A DNA stretch of 64,000 nucleotides from positions 24,986,001 through 25,050,000 of the forward strand of contig OX597826.1 of the NCBI GenBank assembly GCA_951406725.2, read 5' to 3'. This stretch comes from Octopus vulgaris. Its lineage: Eukaryota. Positions 1-13,410 of this stretch are shown one piece after another. Positions within the stretch are counted from its first letter, which is position 1. Every line of letters starts with the position of its first letter. The notes below the pieces were generated by a model. The model was not told the origin of the DNA and searched no databases. It was given only the letters and a program-made list of their open reading frames with translations. The translations under genes and the position numbers were made by a program.

Positions 1-584
1 GCTATTTGTGAAATTATATATGTATAGGTGTATGCATTGTTTTTTGGAGGAGTGATATATACCTGAACGAAAATTACAACTAAAAGAATGTAGACATAGG
101 TGTGTGGTTCAGAAACTCGCTTTTCAGCCATATGGTTTCAGGTTCAGTCCTGCACATTACTTTACGCAAGCGTTTTCTGCTATCACCCCGTGAAGGCCAA
201 TGATTTGCGAATGAAGTCCGGTGTATGTGTATGTATGTATGTATGTATGTATGTATGTATGTATGTATGTATGTATGTATATATGCATGCATGCATGCAT
301 GTATGTATGTATGCATTGATATTTTAAATGATTGATACGGAGGACAGAGTGTACTGGAAGCTTTTATTAAGCACAACGATCGTTTCGGCTTACTTCTGCA
401 CTGCTGCCTTGTAGGGTGGGAGCGATATAACGGAATCGAATGCACCCCATACTCTCCTAAACTTTATATATATATATATATTAAATTACTAATTTCATAT
501 CTAAGGAACTTAGAGAAAGTTATAGACACACGCATAGGAATGCTCTTAAGGCTACCCTTATATATCTGTGTGTGTGTGTTTGTA

Positions 585-661
<77 letters not shown>

Positions 662-907
662 TTGTCCGTCGCACTACTTGACATCAGGTATTGGTTTGTT
701 TACATCTCCGTAATTTAGTGTTTCGGCAAAAGATGTCGATGGACTGTGTACCAGACTTAAAAAATTAAATACTGGAGTCGATCTGTTTCACTAAAGCTCA
801 CCAAAGCGGTGTCTGAGCTAAACTGCACTCTAATAACAAGTAAAATGTAAAAGATTTAAAGTGCGCGTGGATTTGAGACACAAAAGACAAATGAAAGATA
901 AATAGAA

Positions 908-1139
908 CTCTCTTTTACTCTCTTTTACTTGTTTCATTCATTTGACTGTGGCCATGCTGGAGCACCGCCTTTAGTCGAATAAATCGACCCCAGGACTTAT
1001 TCTTTGTAAGCCTAGTACTTATTCTATCGGTCTCTTTTGCCGAACCACTAAGTTACGGGAATTAAACACACCAGGCCAGCATTGGTTGTCAAGCGTTGTT
1101 GGGGCACAAACGCAGACACACAAACATATAGACACTCAC

Positions 1140-1183
<44 letters not shown>

Positions 1184-1381
1184 TTATATACATATATATA
1201 TATATAGATATATATATACGACGGGTTTCTTTCAGTTTCCGTCTACCAAGTCCACTCATAAGGTTTTGGTCGGCCCGAGGCTATAGTAGAAGACACTTGC
1301 TCAAGGTGCCATGCAGTGGGACTGAACCCGGAACCATGTGGTTCGTAAGCAAGCTACTTACCACACAGCCACTCCTACGCC
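908..1381 (-). mobile_element. tRNA-derived SINE family A (CORE-like segment, internal microsatellite), full length
   Basis: Head GGCGTAGGAGTGGCTGTGTGGTAAG (A box)...GGTTCAGTCCC (B box), CORE-like GCACCTTGAGCAAGTG, internal (TA)n/(TG)n, tail AAGTAAAAGAG. Confidence 0.9.
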
Positions 1382-2556
1382 TATGAGTATAAATAATCGA
1401 TGATGGGTATTGCAACGATAGATCGTAGCTGATATCTCGCTACATAAACTGCTATGTTACAACGAATGAAAATCAGCTAGAATTACCTCGTATCAAGGTC
1501 TTGTCAAGAATAAGTTATTTCCATTCAAGCCTTATTGCGTGTCTTTTGGAATAGAGTATTTACATCATGCTATGTACAGTTCTGCTCCTCTTTACCTTCA
1601 CTCCAATGAATTACGCCAGTTCACCCCACCCCCACCCCAGGTATTGTGTATTTACAGCTATATTACCGAATATGCTTATTTGCTTTTAGGGTGGAAGAGT
1701 GAGAGTTGACAGAAATTGGCGGTCTATTTCAAGCCGATCAATTGACCGTTCAGAGGTGGTTCTTTGATGTGGTAATTGTTGATATTTTGTTGATATCGCT
1801 CCTGTTCCTGTTGTTGTTGTTGTTGTTTAACTTTAGGACAGAGTTAATTAGGCAGACCTACGTTCAAAAGCATCCTATGACCTTCTTGTGTGAATAGAGC
1901 TATGAAGAACTACATTATCCATTTTCTACGTTATTTATGGCAGCCTGTTTCAGCAGTTCGTGTATCATCAGTACAAAGTGTGATACGATTATGTTTATTA
2001 ATTTATGTTTAAATAGTCTGAACTGCTTAAATAATTATCAATATAATCCGTCTCACGCTTTGCACTGTTGATCATGAAAGGATGAAGGAAAATTGGCATC
2101 TGTTCTATTTCAAGATGTCGAAGATTGATAACCACATCTTCGTTGCTCTTTGTATCTGTTATCTAAAACATTTAATCGTCCCTGGCTCAGTCTATGTAGC
2201 TATACCACATGTATACATACTGATGAACAAACTGATTGTTTTGTTATTGAAATAAATAAGAACAGACAGTATAATTCGTTGGCTAATAATTATTTCGTTA
2301 CCCAAGAGCGAAAAGTTTGTAGGAATATTTCGTTACCCCCTCTTCCTGTTTCAAGAAACAAGAAAGCAATTAACCAAAACCAAATTATACATATCACTAT
2401 GAAATAACAGCTCGAAACAAATGTTTATACCTCAAAGAATATATCGGAAAACGACTTGTGAAGTTTTAATCTAAAACAGAAATTATTGACTACTAAAAGA
2501 CATTTTCACAAGGCAAAATTCCTTGGAGACAGTTATTATTCTGTATGTAAACACTA

Positions 2557-2647
<91 letters not shown>

Positions 2648-2839
2648 TGTATGTATCTATGTATGTATGTGTGTATGTGTGTGTGTATCTTTTAAAATTG
2701 TTTACGGGAAACGTTTTGAATATGCAAATAAAGCTCCTATTCCATTATACCAGCCGCAGTTTAATGATGCTGACTGGTGAACCACTTTTTTGGGTTGCAT
2801 TCGAGCTGTACCAATATAATGTAGGATAAATAAAATAAT

Positions 2840-2990
2840 AATGATAACAATAATCCTTGGATGGAATTTATAAACATTTAATGCATAGCTATGCGCGTTT
2901 CCACAAATCCCATGTCTTTTAAGGTCACAGTCCGTATTCTCCGAGGACATTGGTTTGATCATCTTCATGGATTCATTTCATCAGGTGATA
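2840..2990. repeat. Unclassified repeat abutting (TAA)n; homolog at 63808-64000
   Basis: AATCC(T/A)TGGATGGAATTTATAAA...TTTCCACAAATC(C/A)CATGT shared. Confidence 0.75.
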
Positions 2991-3140
2991 TAACATTAAT
3001 GGATTAAAAAAAGACTGGGGTCGATTCATTTGACTAAAAGTTCTTCAAGGCGGTGCACCAGCATGGCCACCGTCTAATGCCTGAAACAAGTAAAAAGAAA
3101 GATAATAGAAAACGTGCGCGCGTACATATATATATGTATA

Positions 3141-3204
<64 letters not shown>

Positions 3205-3351
3205 TATGTGTGTGTGTGTGTAAATATATATATATATATATACGTGTATGTATGCATGCCTGTTTGTGATGTTTCTGCACGGACATAGATACGCGCGCGC
3301 ACACACACATATTGAGATATTTTGAAATAATAATGTTTCTATTTATATTCT

Positions 3352-3619
3352 CTCTCTTTTATTCTTTTACTTGTTTCAGTCATTACACTGCGGCCATGCT
3401 GGGGCACCGCCTTTAGTCGAGCAAATCGACCCCGGGACTTATTCTTTGTAAGCCCAGTACTTATTCTATCGGTCTCTTTTGCCGAACCGCTACGTGACGG
3501 GACGTAAACACACCAGTATCAGTTGTCAAGCAATGCTAGGGGGACAAGATGCCACGCAGTGGGAGTGAACCCGGAACCTTGTGGTTGGTTAGCAAGCTAC
3601 TTACCACACAGCCACTCCT
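3352..3619 (-). mobile_element. SINE family A, internally deleted
   Basis: Tail and head match family A; middle microsatellite region missing near 3548. Confidence 0.85.
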
Positions 3620-3676
3620 ATATATATATACACGTGTGTTTGTGTGTGGGTGTGCATGTCTGTTTATGTCTGTCTC

Positions 3677-3846
<170 letters not shown>

Positions 3847-4416
3847 TATATGTATTTGTATATATCACAAATATCCACTTTAGTCTGAATGACCCTACTT
3901 CTCTTTCCACCTCGTTCTCTTCCTCTCCTATCTTCCATTTCGTCTTTTCCAATTATTCTTCTTTCTAATTATCTACCCACTCCAACTCTCTCTTTCTCTC
4001 TTTCCCTCCCCACTCTTTATCTCTTCCTATTCTGTTCACACTCACCTTTCGTTTTCACCTTATTTCGCTACTAATCTTCTGTCTCCCACCTCCTCTTCTC
4101 TCTCTCTCTCTTTATCTTTGAACATTCCAATCTATCTTTTCCTTTTCCCTCCTCACTCTTCTCTGCATCTCTGTCTCTGTCCCGCAGTATCTCACTCATA
4201 CTATCACCTTTTCTTGGAATTCAACTGCTTTTAAAAATATATTCCCGTAACTCACCTTTGCCAGAATTCCAAGTCGTTCCCCTCCCGCTCCTACTTCACC
4301 TCCTCCTCCTTTCACAAACCCAATTCACATAGAAACGCCTTATATTTACACTTTGGAAAAATGAAAAAGGAAGGAAAACTGAATATATGCATACATACAT
4401 GTATGTATGTATATGC

Positions 4417-4491
<75 letters not shown>

Positions 4492-4596
4492 TGTGTGTGT
4501 GTGTGTGTGTGTATTCATATACATATACATACATATATATATATACGCAACATATACAGACATGCATACACATACACACATACCTACACACATGCA

Positions 4597-4644
<48 letters not shown>

Positions 4645-4647
4645 TAC

Positions 4648-4686
<39 letters not shown>

Positions 4687-5249
4687 CATACATACATACA
4701 TACATACATACATACACACACATACAGGAGTTGTACTTGTTTGGCAAGTGACTCGATCTGAAGCAGTTTGTTGAAACTGAAGCAATTACCATCACTGATG
4801 AATTACTTTAACCATTTAAGAACACAGACATAGAACTACTGTCTATTATGAAGTGCTAAAATCTTTCGTCGCACCTTTTGACAGCTGTCATTTGTGGTTG
4901 CAACCAAGCCAAGGAGGCTTTTTCACGCTTTATAAATAGACATAAAAGTACCTCTTATAATAGTAAAGAATTCTTCTGGTGTTTAAACTGAGCAAAGTTT
5001 AAGATACATACACTGGGAGATTGGTCCTTAAAACGACTTTGGACATCTTGTGTTTCATCTTAACTCTACTAATTCTCTATACAATACTATTTGCTTGCAG
5101 ATTCTTGTGTCATCAGTTTGAGTAATATACCTTATCTATCTGAGTGGTCCGGGTCTAAGTATGGGGCAGAGAAATGGAACGTTCGCTTTCCAGAGTAGTT
5201 TGTGTCAGGAATTTTATCCTGTTACTGTCTTGCTCTACTCAAGATGTAG

Positions 5250-5380
5250 ATCAGGACCACTCAGATAGCTATGGTATATTACATGAATATAAGACACCAT
5301 AACCGACAAGCAAGTAGAATTGTATGGAGAATTAGTAGATGGAAGAAAGAGTATAGAGCATCCAAAGTCGTTTTAATGAG
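5250..5380 (+). mobile_element. Highly degraded RTE C-terminal fragment
   Basis: Frame reads LR*LWYIT*I*DTITDKQVELYGELVDGRKSIEHPK, resembling RTE LRWxGHVxRMxDxRxPKxxLYGELxxGKRxxGRPK. Confidence 0.5.
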
Positions 5381-6371
5381 TTCTTTATCAATGAAAGAAT
5401 ATGAGAAGAGTCAGCAAAGGACCACAGCAAGAGGCGATCAGCTGTTCACAGAGGCGCCAAAGCTCATGAAGACACTTGCATTCTGAAGAGCTAAGTCAAA
5501 GACATAAATGCACAACGGTGGCAGACACTTCTGTTTCACTGTTGCTCGACTGCAGATATTATCGGAAACCACGTCTAGCGCACGAAAGGCAATGCTTAAG
5601 AAGAAATTAAATGAAGATCTCGAGCATAAAAAATGAGGTTACAGTCTTTGCAATATCGTCAGCCAACGACGGAAAACGGTTATATAAACCCAGATTTCTA
5701 TATTTCTGTTGGAAATGTACTAACAACTTTTGTAGGGTACTATAATGTTTAACCAGATTCGCTAACAATTTAAATACATTTTGGTATCATAGAGGGGTGG
5801 TGATGAAAGAGTTGCATCTTAGCGGTAATGAGATCTGACAGGAAGGCACCGATCCAAGAAATCAAAGATGAATGGAGATCTTAGGTGGGTAGTTATCCTT
5901 AGGAGATTCTCGTGTCAAACACGATCGAATATTTTTATTGCTGTTGAGTGCAACATTACTCTTTCCATAACAGTCCATTGCAGGATTCAAAGCCAGTAAT
6001 TTTGATGGAAGGACCCTAATGTTCAGCTGGTAATTATTTTATCGATCTCAAAAGGATGAAAGACAAAGTCTATCCCAGCGGAATTTGTCCGATGTGCGAA
6101 CGATTCTACCAGCTCCTTGCCTCAGTGGAGCATTTCACTAGTTTGCAAGTTCCTTGAGCGAATTGTTTAGTGTGAAATATAGAATGGGAAAGAAAGTGAC
6201 AGGAAGGAAGAGCGATGGTTGTATCGAGTTAGTTGTTTCAGAAGAGCAGGCGCCGTTTATAATTGTGGTGCAAGACGCAGCAGCAGAGAAGAATCAATAT
6301 GTCAGTATGTGTTGGTAAGTGAATCGTTGTTAGTTACCCAAAATATTTTCTTCAGCATGCTATTTAGCAGT

Positions 6372-6545
6372 GTGGATGCGCGTGGCTTAGTGGTTAGGGT
6401 GTCAGCATCATGATTGTAAGATTGTGGTCTCGATTACTGGACCGGGCGACGCGTTGTGCTCTTGAGCAAAACACTTCATTTCACGTTGCTCCAGTCCACT
6501 CAGCTGGCAAAAATGAGTAACGCTGCAATGGACTGGCTAAGCTTT
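6372..6545 (+). mobile_element. CORE-type SINE family D (also ~7315-8110 split, 8455-8620(-), 12355-12548(-), 19090-19428(-), 30860-31010(-))
   Basis: tRNA-like head TGGCTTAGTGGTTAGGG then CORE-like TGCTCTTGAGCAAAACACTTCATTTCACGTTGCTCCAGTCCACTCAGCTG..AAATGAGTA. Confidence 0.8.
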
Positions 6546-6558
6546 AAAAGGGCACAGT

Positions 6559-6870
6559 GGAGGCGCAATGGCCCAGTGGTTATGGCAGCGCACTCGCGGT
6601 CAGAGGATCGCGGTTTCGATTCCCAGACCGGGCGTTGTGTGTGTTTATTGAGCGAAAACACCTAAAGCTCCACGAAGCCCTGGCAGGGTGTGGTGGCGAC
6701 CCCTGTTGTACTCTTTCGCCCCAACTTTCTCTCACTCTCTCTTCCTGTTTCTTGAGTAACGCTGTGATGGACTGGCGTCCCGTCCAGCTGGGGGGAACAC
6801 ATAAGCCACAGAAACCGGGAAACCGGGCCCATGAGCCTGGCTAGGCTTGAAAAGGGCGCATAAATAAATA
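6559..6870 (+). mobile_element. tRNA-derived SINE family C
   Basis: GGAGGCGCAATGGCCCAGTGGTT...GGTTTCGATTCCC head, (TAAA)n tail; relatives at ~15530-15740(-), 50776-50983(-), 52310-52606(-). Confidence 0.85.
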
Positions 6871-7508
6871 AACAGCAGCGGCAGCAGTGTCACAGTAACG
6901 AGGGCAGTGTTGTAAGGTTTACGAAGCACAAGGAGTGGCATATTCTAGGAGACAGAAGAATTAGGAACTTGTGTTGTTCATGTTATTCTTCAAGAATTGT
7001 AGCAAACTAATTGAAGTGAAAGCAACCAAAGGATTCGAAACTGTATCGGAGAACTGGACTCATTGGAAGCTTACTGTAATATTTACTCCACCTTTTCTAC
7101 CTTTTTACGATAAATCGTTCTTGACGAGGCCCAATAAAAGTATTTCAGGAAGCATTAGAATGTCGAGACTTTTATAATGCTCTAAGAACATTGATAACTG
7201 CAGAAAAAAAATATGCAACCAGAAATCGAAACCGGGCTGCAGTTTCTATCTGTCAGCAATTACCGTTGTTCTGTATGTGTTTAGTGCATTCGGTTATTGT
7301 TCTTTTATAGTATAGGCGTATAACTTAGTGGTTAGAATATTTGACTCACGTTCGTGAGTTCGATCTCTAGCGGCACGTCATATCCTTGAGCCAGATACTT
7401 TATTTCACGTTGCTCCAGTCCACTCATCTGGTAAAAATGAGTTGTACCAGTAATTCAAATGGGCCAGCCTTATCACATTCTGTGTTATGCTGAATCACCC
7501 TCAGAACT

Positions 7509-7738
7509 ACTCTTTTACTCTTTTACTTGCTTCAGTCATTTGACTGCGGCCATGCTGGAGCACCGCCTTTAGTCGAGCAAATCGACCCCAGGACTTATTC
7601 TTTGTAAGCCTAGTACTTATTCTATCGGTCTCTTTTGCCGAACCGCTAAGTTACGGGGACGTGAACACACAAGCATCGGTTGTCAAGCGATGTTTGGGGG
7701 ACAAACACATACATACATACATACATACATACATACAT

Positions 7739-7836
<98 letters not shown>

Positions 7837-7990
7837 CGGGCTTCTTTCAGTTTCCGTCTACCAAATCCACTCACAAGGTCAGCCCGAGGCTATAGTAGAA
7901 GACACTTGCCCAAAGTGCCACGCAGTGGGACTGAACGCGGAACCATATGGTTGGTAAACAAGCTACTTACCACACAGCCACTCCTGCGCC
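7509..7990 (-). mobile_element. SINE family A, full length, nested in an older SINE
   Basis: Near-consensus copy splitting the element at 7315-8110. Confidence 0.9.
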
Positions 7991-8883
7991 TACGTTAAAG
8001 ATACGCGTGTCTATGAAGTACACAGTCACTTAAGCGTTAATTTTAGGAGCAGGCTACACCGTTGATTGGATCAAGTGGAACACACGTCGTTTTAACCGAC
8101 GGAGTTCCAGTTTTGTATGTTTTAATGACTCCACAAAGACCCATATCTCCTCCCTAACATAAGTGGAGTTACTGAGGTTGAAACCACACACACAGTTGCC
8201 TTGATTTGTTGGAAGTTTTACTCTTGTCAATACGACATTCGCCGAAATATTGAATTTAGTTATGTTGGCCTATAGTGCCAAGTTTTCTTTTTACAAGCTT
8301 GGCTTAAAGGACTAAATCAAAACTCAATGCCTATATTTTTTATTGGCCCCAGAGAAATAGCCAGTAGACCCTTAGATATTACTGTATTGAGTCCTAGGAC
8401 TCATGAGATTGGTTACCTAGTTTCCATATCGCTTATAAGTGACCGAAATCACATTTCCCCCGAACTGGACACCAGTCCGTTGCACGCTTACCTATTTGCA
8501 GCTGAGTGGACTACGTCAACATGTAATGAAGTGTTTTGCTCAAGAATACAACTCCTCACCTCGTGCGGGAATCGAAACTACTAGCTTGTGATTGTGAAAC
8601 ACTAACCACTAGGCCAGGCGTCTTAACCCTCGGAGCAATACAAAAGAAATATTCAATTCTGGCAGGATTTGAATTCATGACTCAGCGAGAGATGGAACTA
8701 AATCTCGCAAGTTGCAGTTGTTTCTTTCTGCTGTGGTTATTGTGCTTGTTTAATCCCAACGCAACCTTGAATCGAGCAGGAGCGTCTCTCCTATTACCAT
8801 CCCATCTTAATGTAGTCCCAGCTTATCTGGGACTGCATTATATAATGAGTCATTTCTACATTTTTTCTTTTAAGACGTTAGAG

Positions 8884-9294
8884 CAGAGATTCTCAACGTA
8901 AGCGGTACCACCCCCACAAAGGGGCGCTGGGCATATCGAAGGGGACGTTAAACTTTAGGAGGCGGTGAGGTAGGTCGTGAGGTAACATTATTAACATAGT
9001 AAATTTTACCTATAGCAGTAATTATATAATGCACGATAAAACTAGTAAAAGTTATCAAAATAGAATGAGATCTCAAGCACGGGAAGTCATTGGCTTTCAA
9101 TGTATAAAGTAAATTTACAACTTTTGTCATTATTAATTTTTTATCATCTCACTGTTAGAAGCTTGTACACTCTAGAAAGTAAAGTTTATAAATTATCATC
9201 CAAATTCAGTTAGTTTAGTTGTAACCCCTCAATCGTCACTTAGGTGGACACTAAGGGAACGCTACTAAAAGAAAAGAAGGCTTAACAGCTACTG
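8884..9294. mobile_element. hAT (Charlie/MER5-like) MITE, old
   Basis: Begins CAGAGATTCTCAAC, ends AGGCTTAACAGCTACTG; 8-bp TSD CGTTAGAG (8876-83) / CTTTAGAG (9295-9302). Confidence 0.65.
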
Positions 9295-10664
9295 CTTTAG
9301 AGTGTAATAAGGAATGGGATTTCGGAAGGATTCGGAATCCTAACTTGGAAAGGATGAAGGGATGAAATTAAATACCGTGAGGTATTTACATGGGGTGATC
9401 TACCGTTTGCATCAACTCGCCGCTCTCTTTATTTATTATTTTCGGCGTGTATATTTAGCATCATTAGCGAAAGAATGTCATAATGGTTTCCGCATTAGCT
9501 GAACGTCGATGGCCAATACAAGCAGACGACAACGGAAAAGGATGAGGCTTGCTAATGGCGGCGTGTAATGATTGATGTGCCAGGTAAAAATGTGTTACAA
9601 AGAGGGAATGAGAGACAGGATGAAGTGAACTTCTGTGACGTAGGAAATGAAGAAATCTTCTTTCTTTCCCGTTTTTACCTGTTACTAATATTTTATAAGC
9701 TTTATTCCTGGCTTTTTTAGAAAGTATACACATATACTCACTCACAAAACAAATCAGGGTATAGGAATCTGGAATATTCGAACCAAGGTGCAACTTTCAA
9801 GCAATCTGGGAAACTGCCAACATTTTGACATCTATTATTCATTCTTTTTCTTTCTTTTCATTTCTTTCTTTTAGCGCCGGAGATGAAAAAAAAATAATAA
9901 AAGAAAACAGCAGCAGCAGTAACAACAACAAAAAGTACGCCTTTCCTCCGTTTCGCTTCCTTTTTAGCATTTCTTTCTTTTTTCTTTCACGTCGTTTACC
10001 ATTTTCCTTCCTTCTTTCTTTCCATCTTGCTTTCATCTTCTCACCTCTGACACCATAATTTCCTTTCTTACCTTCCTCCCTCTTCAACTCCATTCCTATC
10101 GCCTCTCTCTCTCTCTCTTGATATCCCCTTCTCTCTCTCTATCTATCTATCTCTCTATATATACTTATACATAATCTATCTATCTATCTATCTCTGTGTG
10201 TAACACCATCCTTTCTTCGTCCCAGACACCTATTTTTGTCGCTTTCCATTCATCTTGTGCTTTACTTCCTCCTTGTGCTCTTATACCAATTGGCCAACAT
10301 AGCTGCTTTTCTTCTTGGAATAGAAATTTAGGGAAATATATATATATATATTTTTCGGGATAGTGGAACCAGACCATAAAATTAATTTCTTTATGCACTG
10401 TACATCGGTCTTAGATATATTCTCACTGTCTCTTCAACATTTAATCTAATCAGCTTGCATGTGCATGTATGCATCGCCGCCAAATTAAACAGTTTTATCG
10501 GTAGCTGTCGAAATTGTGATGATATTTGGTCGATAACTCATGAAGGGTTGAATATGTCCGCATCCACTTTATGTTTGCATTCTCTGTTTTTCCATTTGTT
10601 CCTTTATCGTCTCATGATGCCGCATTACACACACACACACACACTCAACACACGCGCAGGCACA

Positions 10665-10731
<67 letters not shown>

Positions 10732-11040
10732 TAGTCGTGTGATTGAATGGTTCAGGTGCTTGCTCCTCAGTGAGTCAGGCCACAAATTGGATTCCACTTC
10801 GTGGCCACGGTGAAAATTGTTTTTTACCATAAACAGTCTAGGTTTGACCGTAGACCATATGGAGTGGGGGGGGACTGGATAGACGGAAACTATTTGGAAG
10901 CCCGTCGAATGGATTATATCTTTCACGTTGACTGTGTTTGGGAATTGCATTAACGGTTAACACATCCGAGGAAAGTTTAGATCGAAGAAATACTCATCAT
11001 AGACAGTGACGGAGATCCATTATATATATATGTGTGTGTA

Positions 11041-11093
<53 letters not shown>

Positions 11094-11292
11094 ATGTATG
11101 TGTGTGTATAAAAATACAGGCTTGGCTAAGAAACTCACTTCGCAAAACCACTCGGTCCCACTATGTAGAGGCCTGTTGTGTGTGTATACATACACACACA
11201 CGCACGCACATACACACACACGCACGCACACACGCACATACACACACACGCACGCACACACACACACACACGCACACTCACACACACACTCA

Positions 11293-11368
<76 letters not shown>

Positions 11369-11865
11369 TTGGAAGCTGGCGATTAGAATCCGTCATTACT
11401 CCGAGCTTTTGTTAGTGTGCATTCGTTCAAGCAACTGAGAAATATTGCCTGAAAGAAAACACTAAACGCGAAGCGGAAGAATCTAGATTGGCGATTAAGG
11501 AAATCAAGAATCTCAAGAAAATTTCATAACCTCTACTACATGTATAGAGTACATATGTAGAGCACCTGTATAGAGTACATTTTTCTCTCATTTCTACATC
11601 CAAAGCCGTATATAAAAATATTCCTATTCGTTTCATTTATCGTGTTGGATTCGTTCCTAACAAGGTTTATAAGGTGGTGTAATTGCATCTTTTGGGTTTC
11701 TTCTTAACCACAAACCAGAAATTCTTCACCTACAAACCGATACAAAATAATTACATAAAGTTATAACAGGAATAATTAATGTTCCGTGAACATACAGGAA
11801 CTCTGGAATAGCCTTTATATCCCCGTTATCGTTTATGAGTACTCCAATCTTTTTCTACAATCAAC

Positions 11866-11924
<59 letters not shown>

Positions 11925-12562
11925 CAGTTTTATCTGTTCTTCTTCTTCTTCTTCTTCTTCTTCTTCTTCTTCTTCTTCTTCTTCTTCTTCTTCTTCTTCT
12001 TCTTGTATTCTATACATTGTCCTCTCCCTCTTTCCCACCCCTTCTCTCTCTATCAGATTTTCGCTCCAGTCTCTATCTGCACCAATGTTTTTGAAAATGA
12101 GGCTACTAATTTGCATACCATACTTGACAGATGCATGTTTTACTTGTTTTAAGTTTCGAAAACTACTTTTGAAGTTTTATTCTGTATGTGAATGATCTTG
12201 TAAAAACTAGTTGTCGGAATGTCGTTTTGATAGTACAAGTTGTATTGATGTGATTAGCGATCAACCTGTTCACTACAACAATGTTTGATGGTATATTTAA
12301 CATTTAAAGCGGTACCCCAGCATGGCCATATAGCCGACTCATATAGACTCATAAAGCCGGTTTCCCGGTTTCTGTGACGGGACACCAATTCACCGCAGGA
12401 TCTCTCCTTTCTACTAGCTGAGTGGACTGGAGCAAGATGAAATGAAGTGTTTTGGTCAAGAACACAACTCGTCACCCAGTCCAGGAACCGAAACAACAAT
12501 CTTTCGATCATGAGGCTAACACACTAACCTCTAAGCCACGCGCCTCCACGAAAGAAAAGGGG

Positions 12563-12727
12563 CGATAGTAAGTGGTAAGTAGCTTGCTTACCAACCACAT
12601 GGTTCTGGGTTCAATCCCACAGCATGGCACCTTGAGCAAGGGTCTTCTATTATAGCCTCGGGCCGACCAAAGCCTTGTGAGTGGATTTGGTAGACGGAAA
12701 CTGAAAGAAACCCGTAGTATATAAGTA

Positions 12728-12769
<42 letters not shown>

Positions 12770-13040
12770 TCTTGCTACAGTCAAAAATTGTGAAGCATGA
12801 CTGTCACCACTACTACATGAACCCGAAGATTGCAGAATTCAATGCATGAAAGTACTAGTTCAATCAGAATGAACATTTAACATTCTACTATTTTATTTTA
12901 TTTTATTCTATTATAATATATTATCTTATAATATATCATTATAAGATTGTAAATAAAACGTGAAAATCAGACAAGGTTGGAATTCCTTTTATTAATATAT
13001 TCTTCTATACACAATCACACCCACCCACATATATATATAT

Positions 13041-13109
<69 letters not shown>

Positions 13110-13410
13110 ATATGTGTGTATGTATGTATGAAAGAAACTGAAAGAAGCCCGTCGTATATATGTATATGTATATATATGTGTGTGTGTGTGTTTGTGTGTC
13201 TGTGTTTGTCCCCCCAACATCGTTTGACAACCGATGTCGGTGTGTTTACCTCTCCATAACTTTGCGTTTCGGCAAAAAACACCGATAGAATTAGTACTAG
13301 GCTTACAAAGAGTAAGTACTGGGGTCGATTTGCTCGACTAAAGGCGGTGCTCCAGCATGGTCGCAGTCAAATGACTGAAACAAGCAAAAGAGTAAAGAGC
13401 AAAAGAGTAG
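12563..13410 (+). mobile_element. SINE family A interrupted by the 12768-13020 insert
   Basis: Head 12563-12716, body/tail 13130-13410, AAACTGAAAGAA(A/G)CCCGT duplicated either side. Confidence 0.8.
12818..12862 (+). ncRNA. Minimal type I hammerhead-like motif in a ~250-bp (TA)n-flanked insert (12768-13020)
   Basis: TGAAC-CCGAAGA-T-TGCA(GAATTCAA)TGCA-T-GAAA-GTAC-TA-GTTCA: 5-bp stem I, palindromic stem III, core U4->C. Confidence 0.68.

Noticed and set aside
4790-4830. CTGATGA as hammerhead core (also 2220, and 2978 on minus)
   Set aside because: No stem II followed by GAAA and no stem I partner
6559-6630. tRNA gene
   Set aside because: tRNA-like A/B boxes are SINE heads that continue into SINE bodies; no proper acceptor stem
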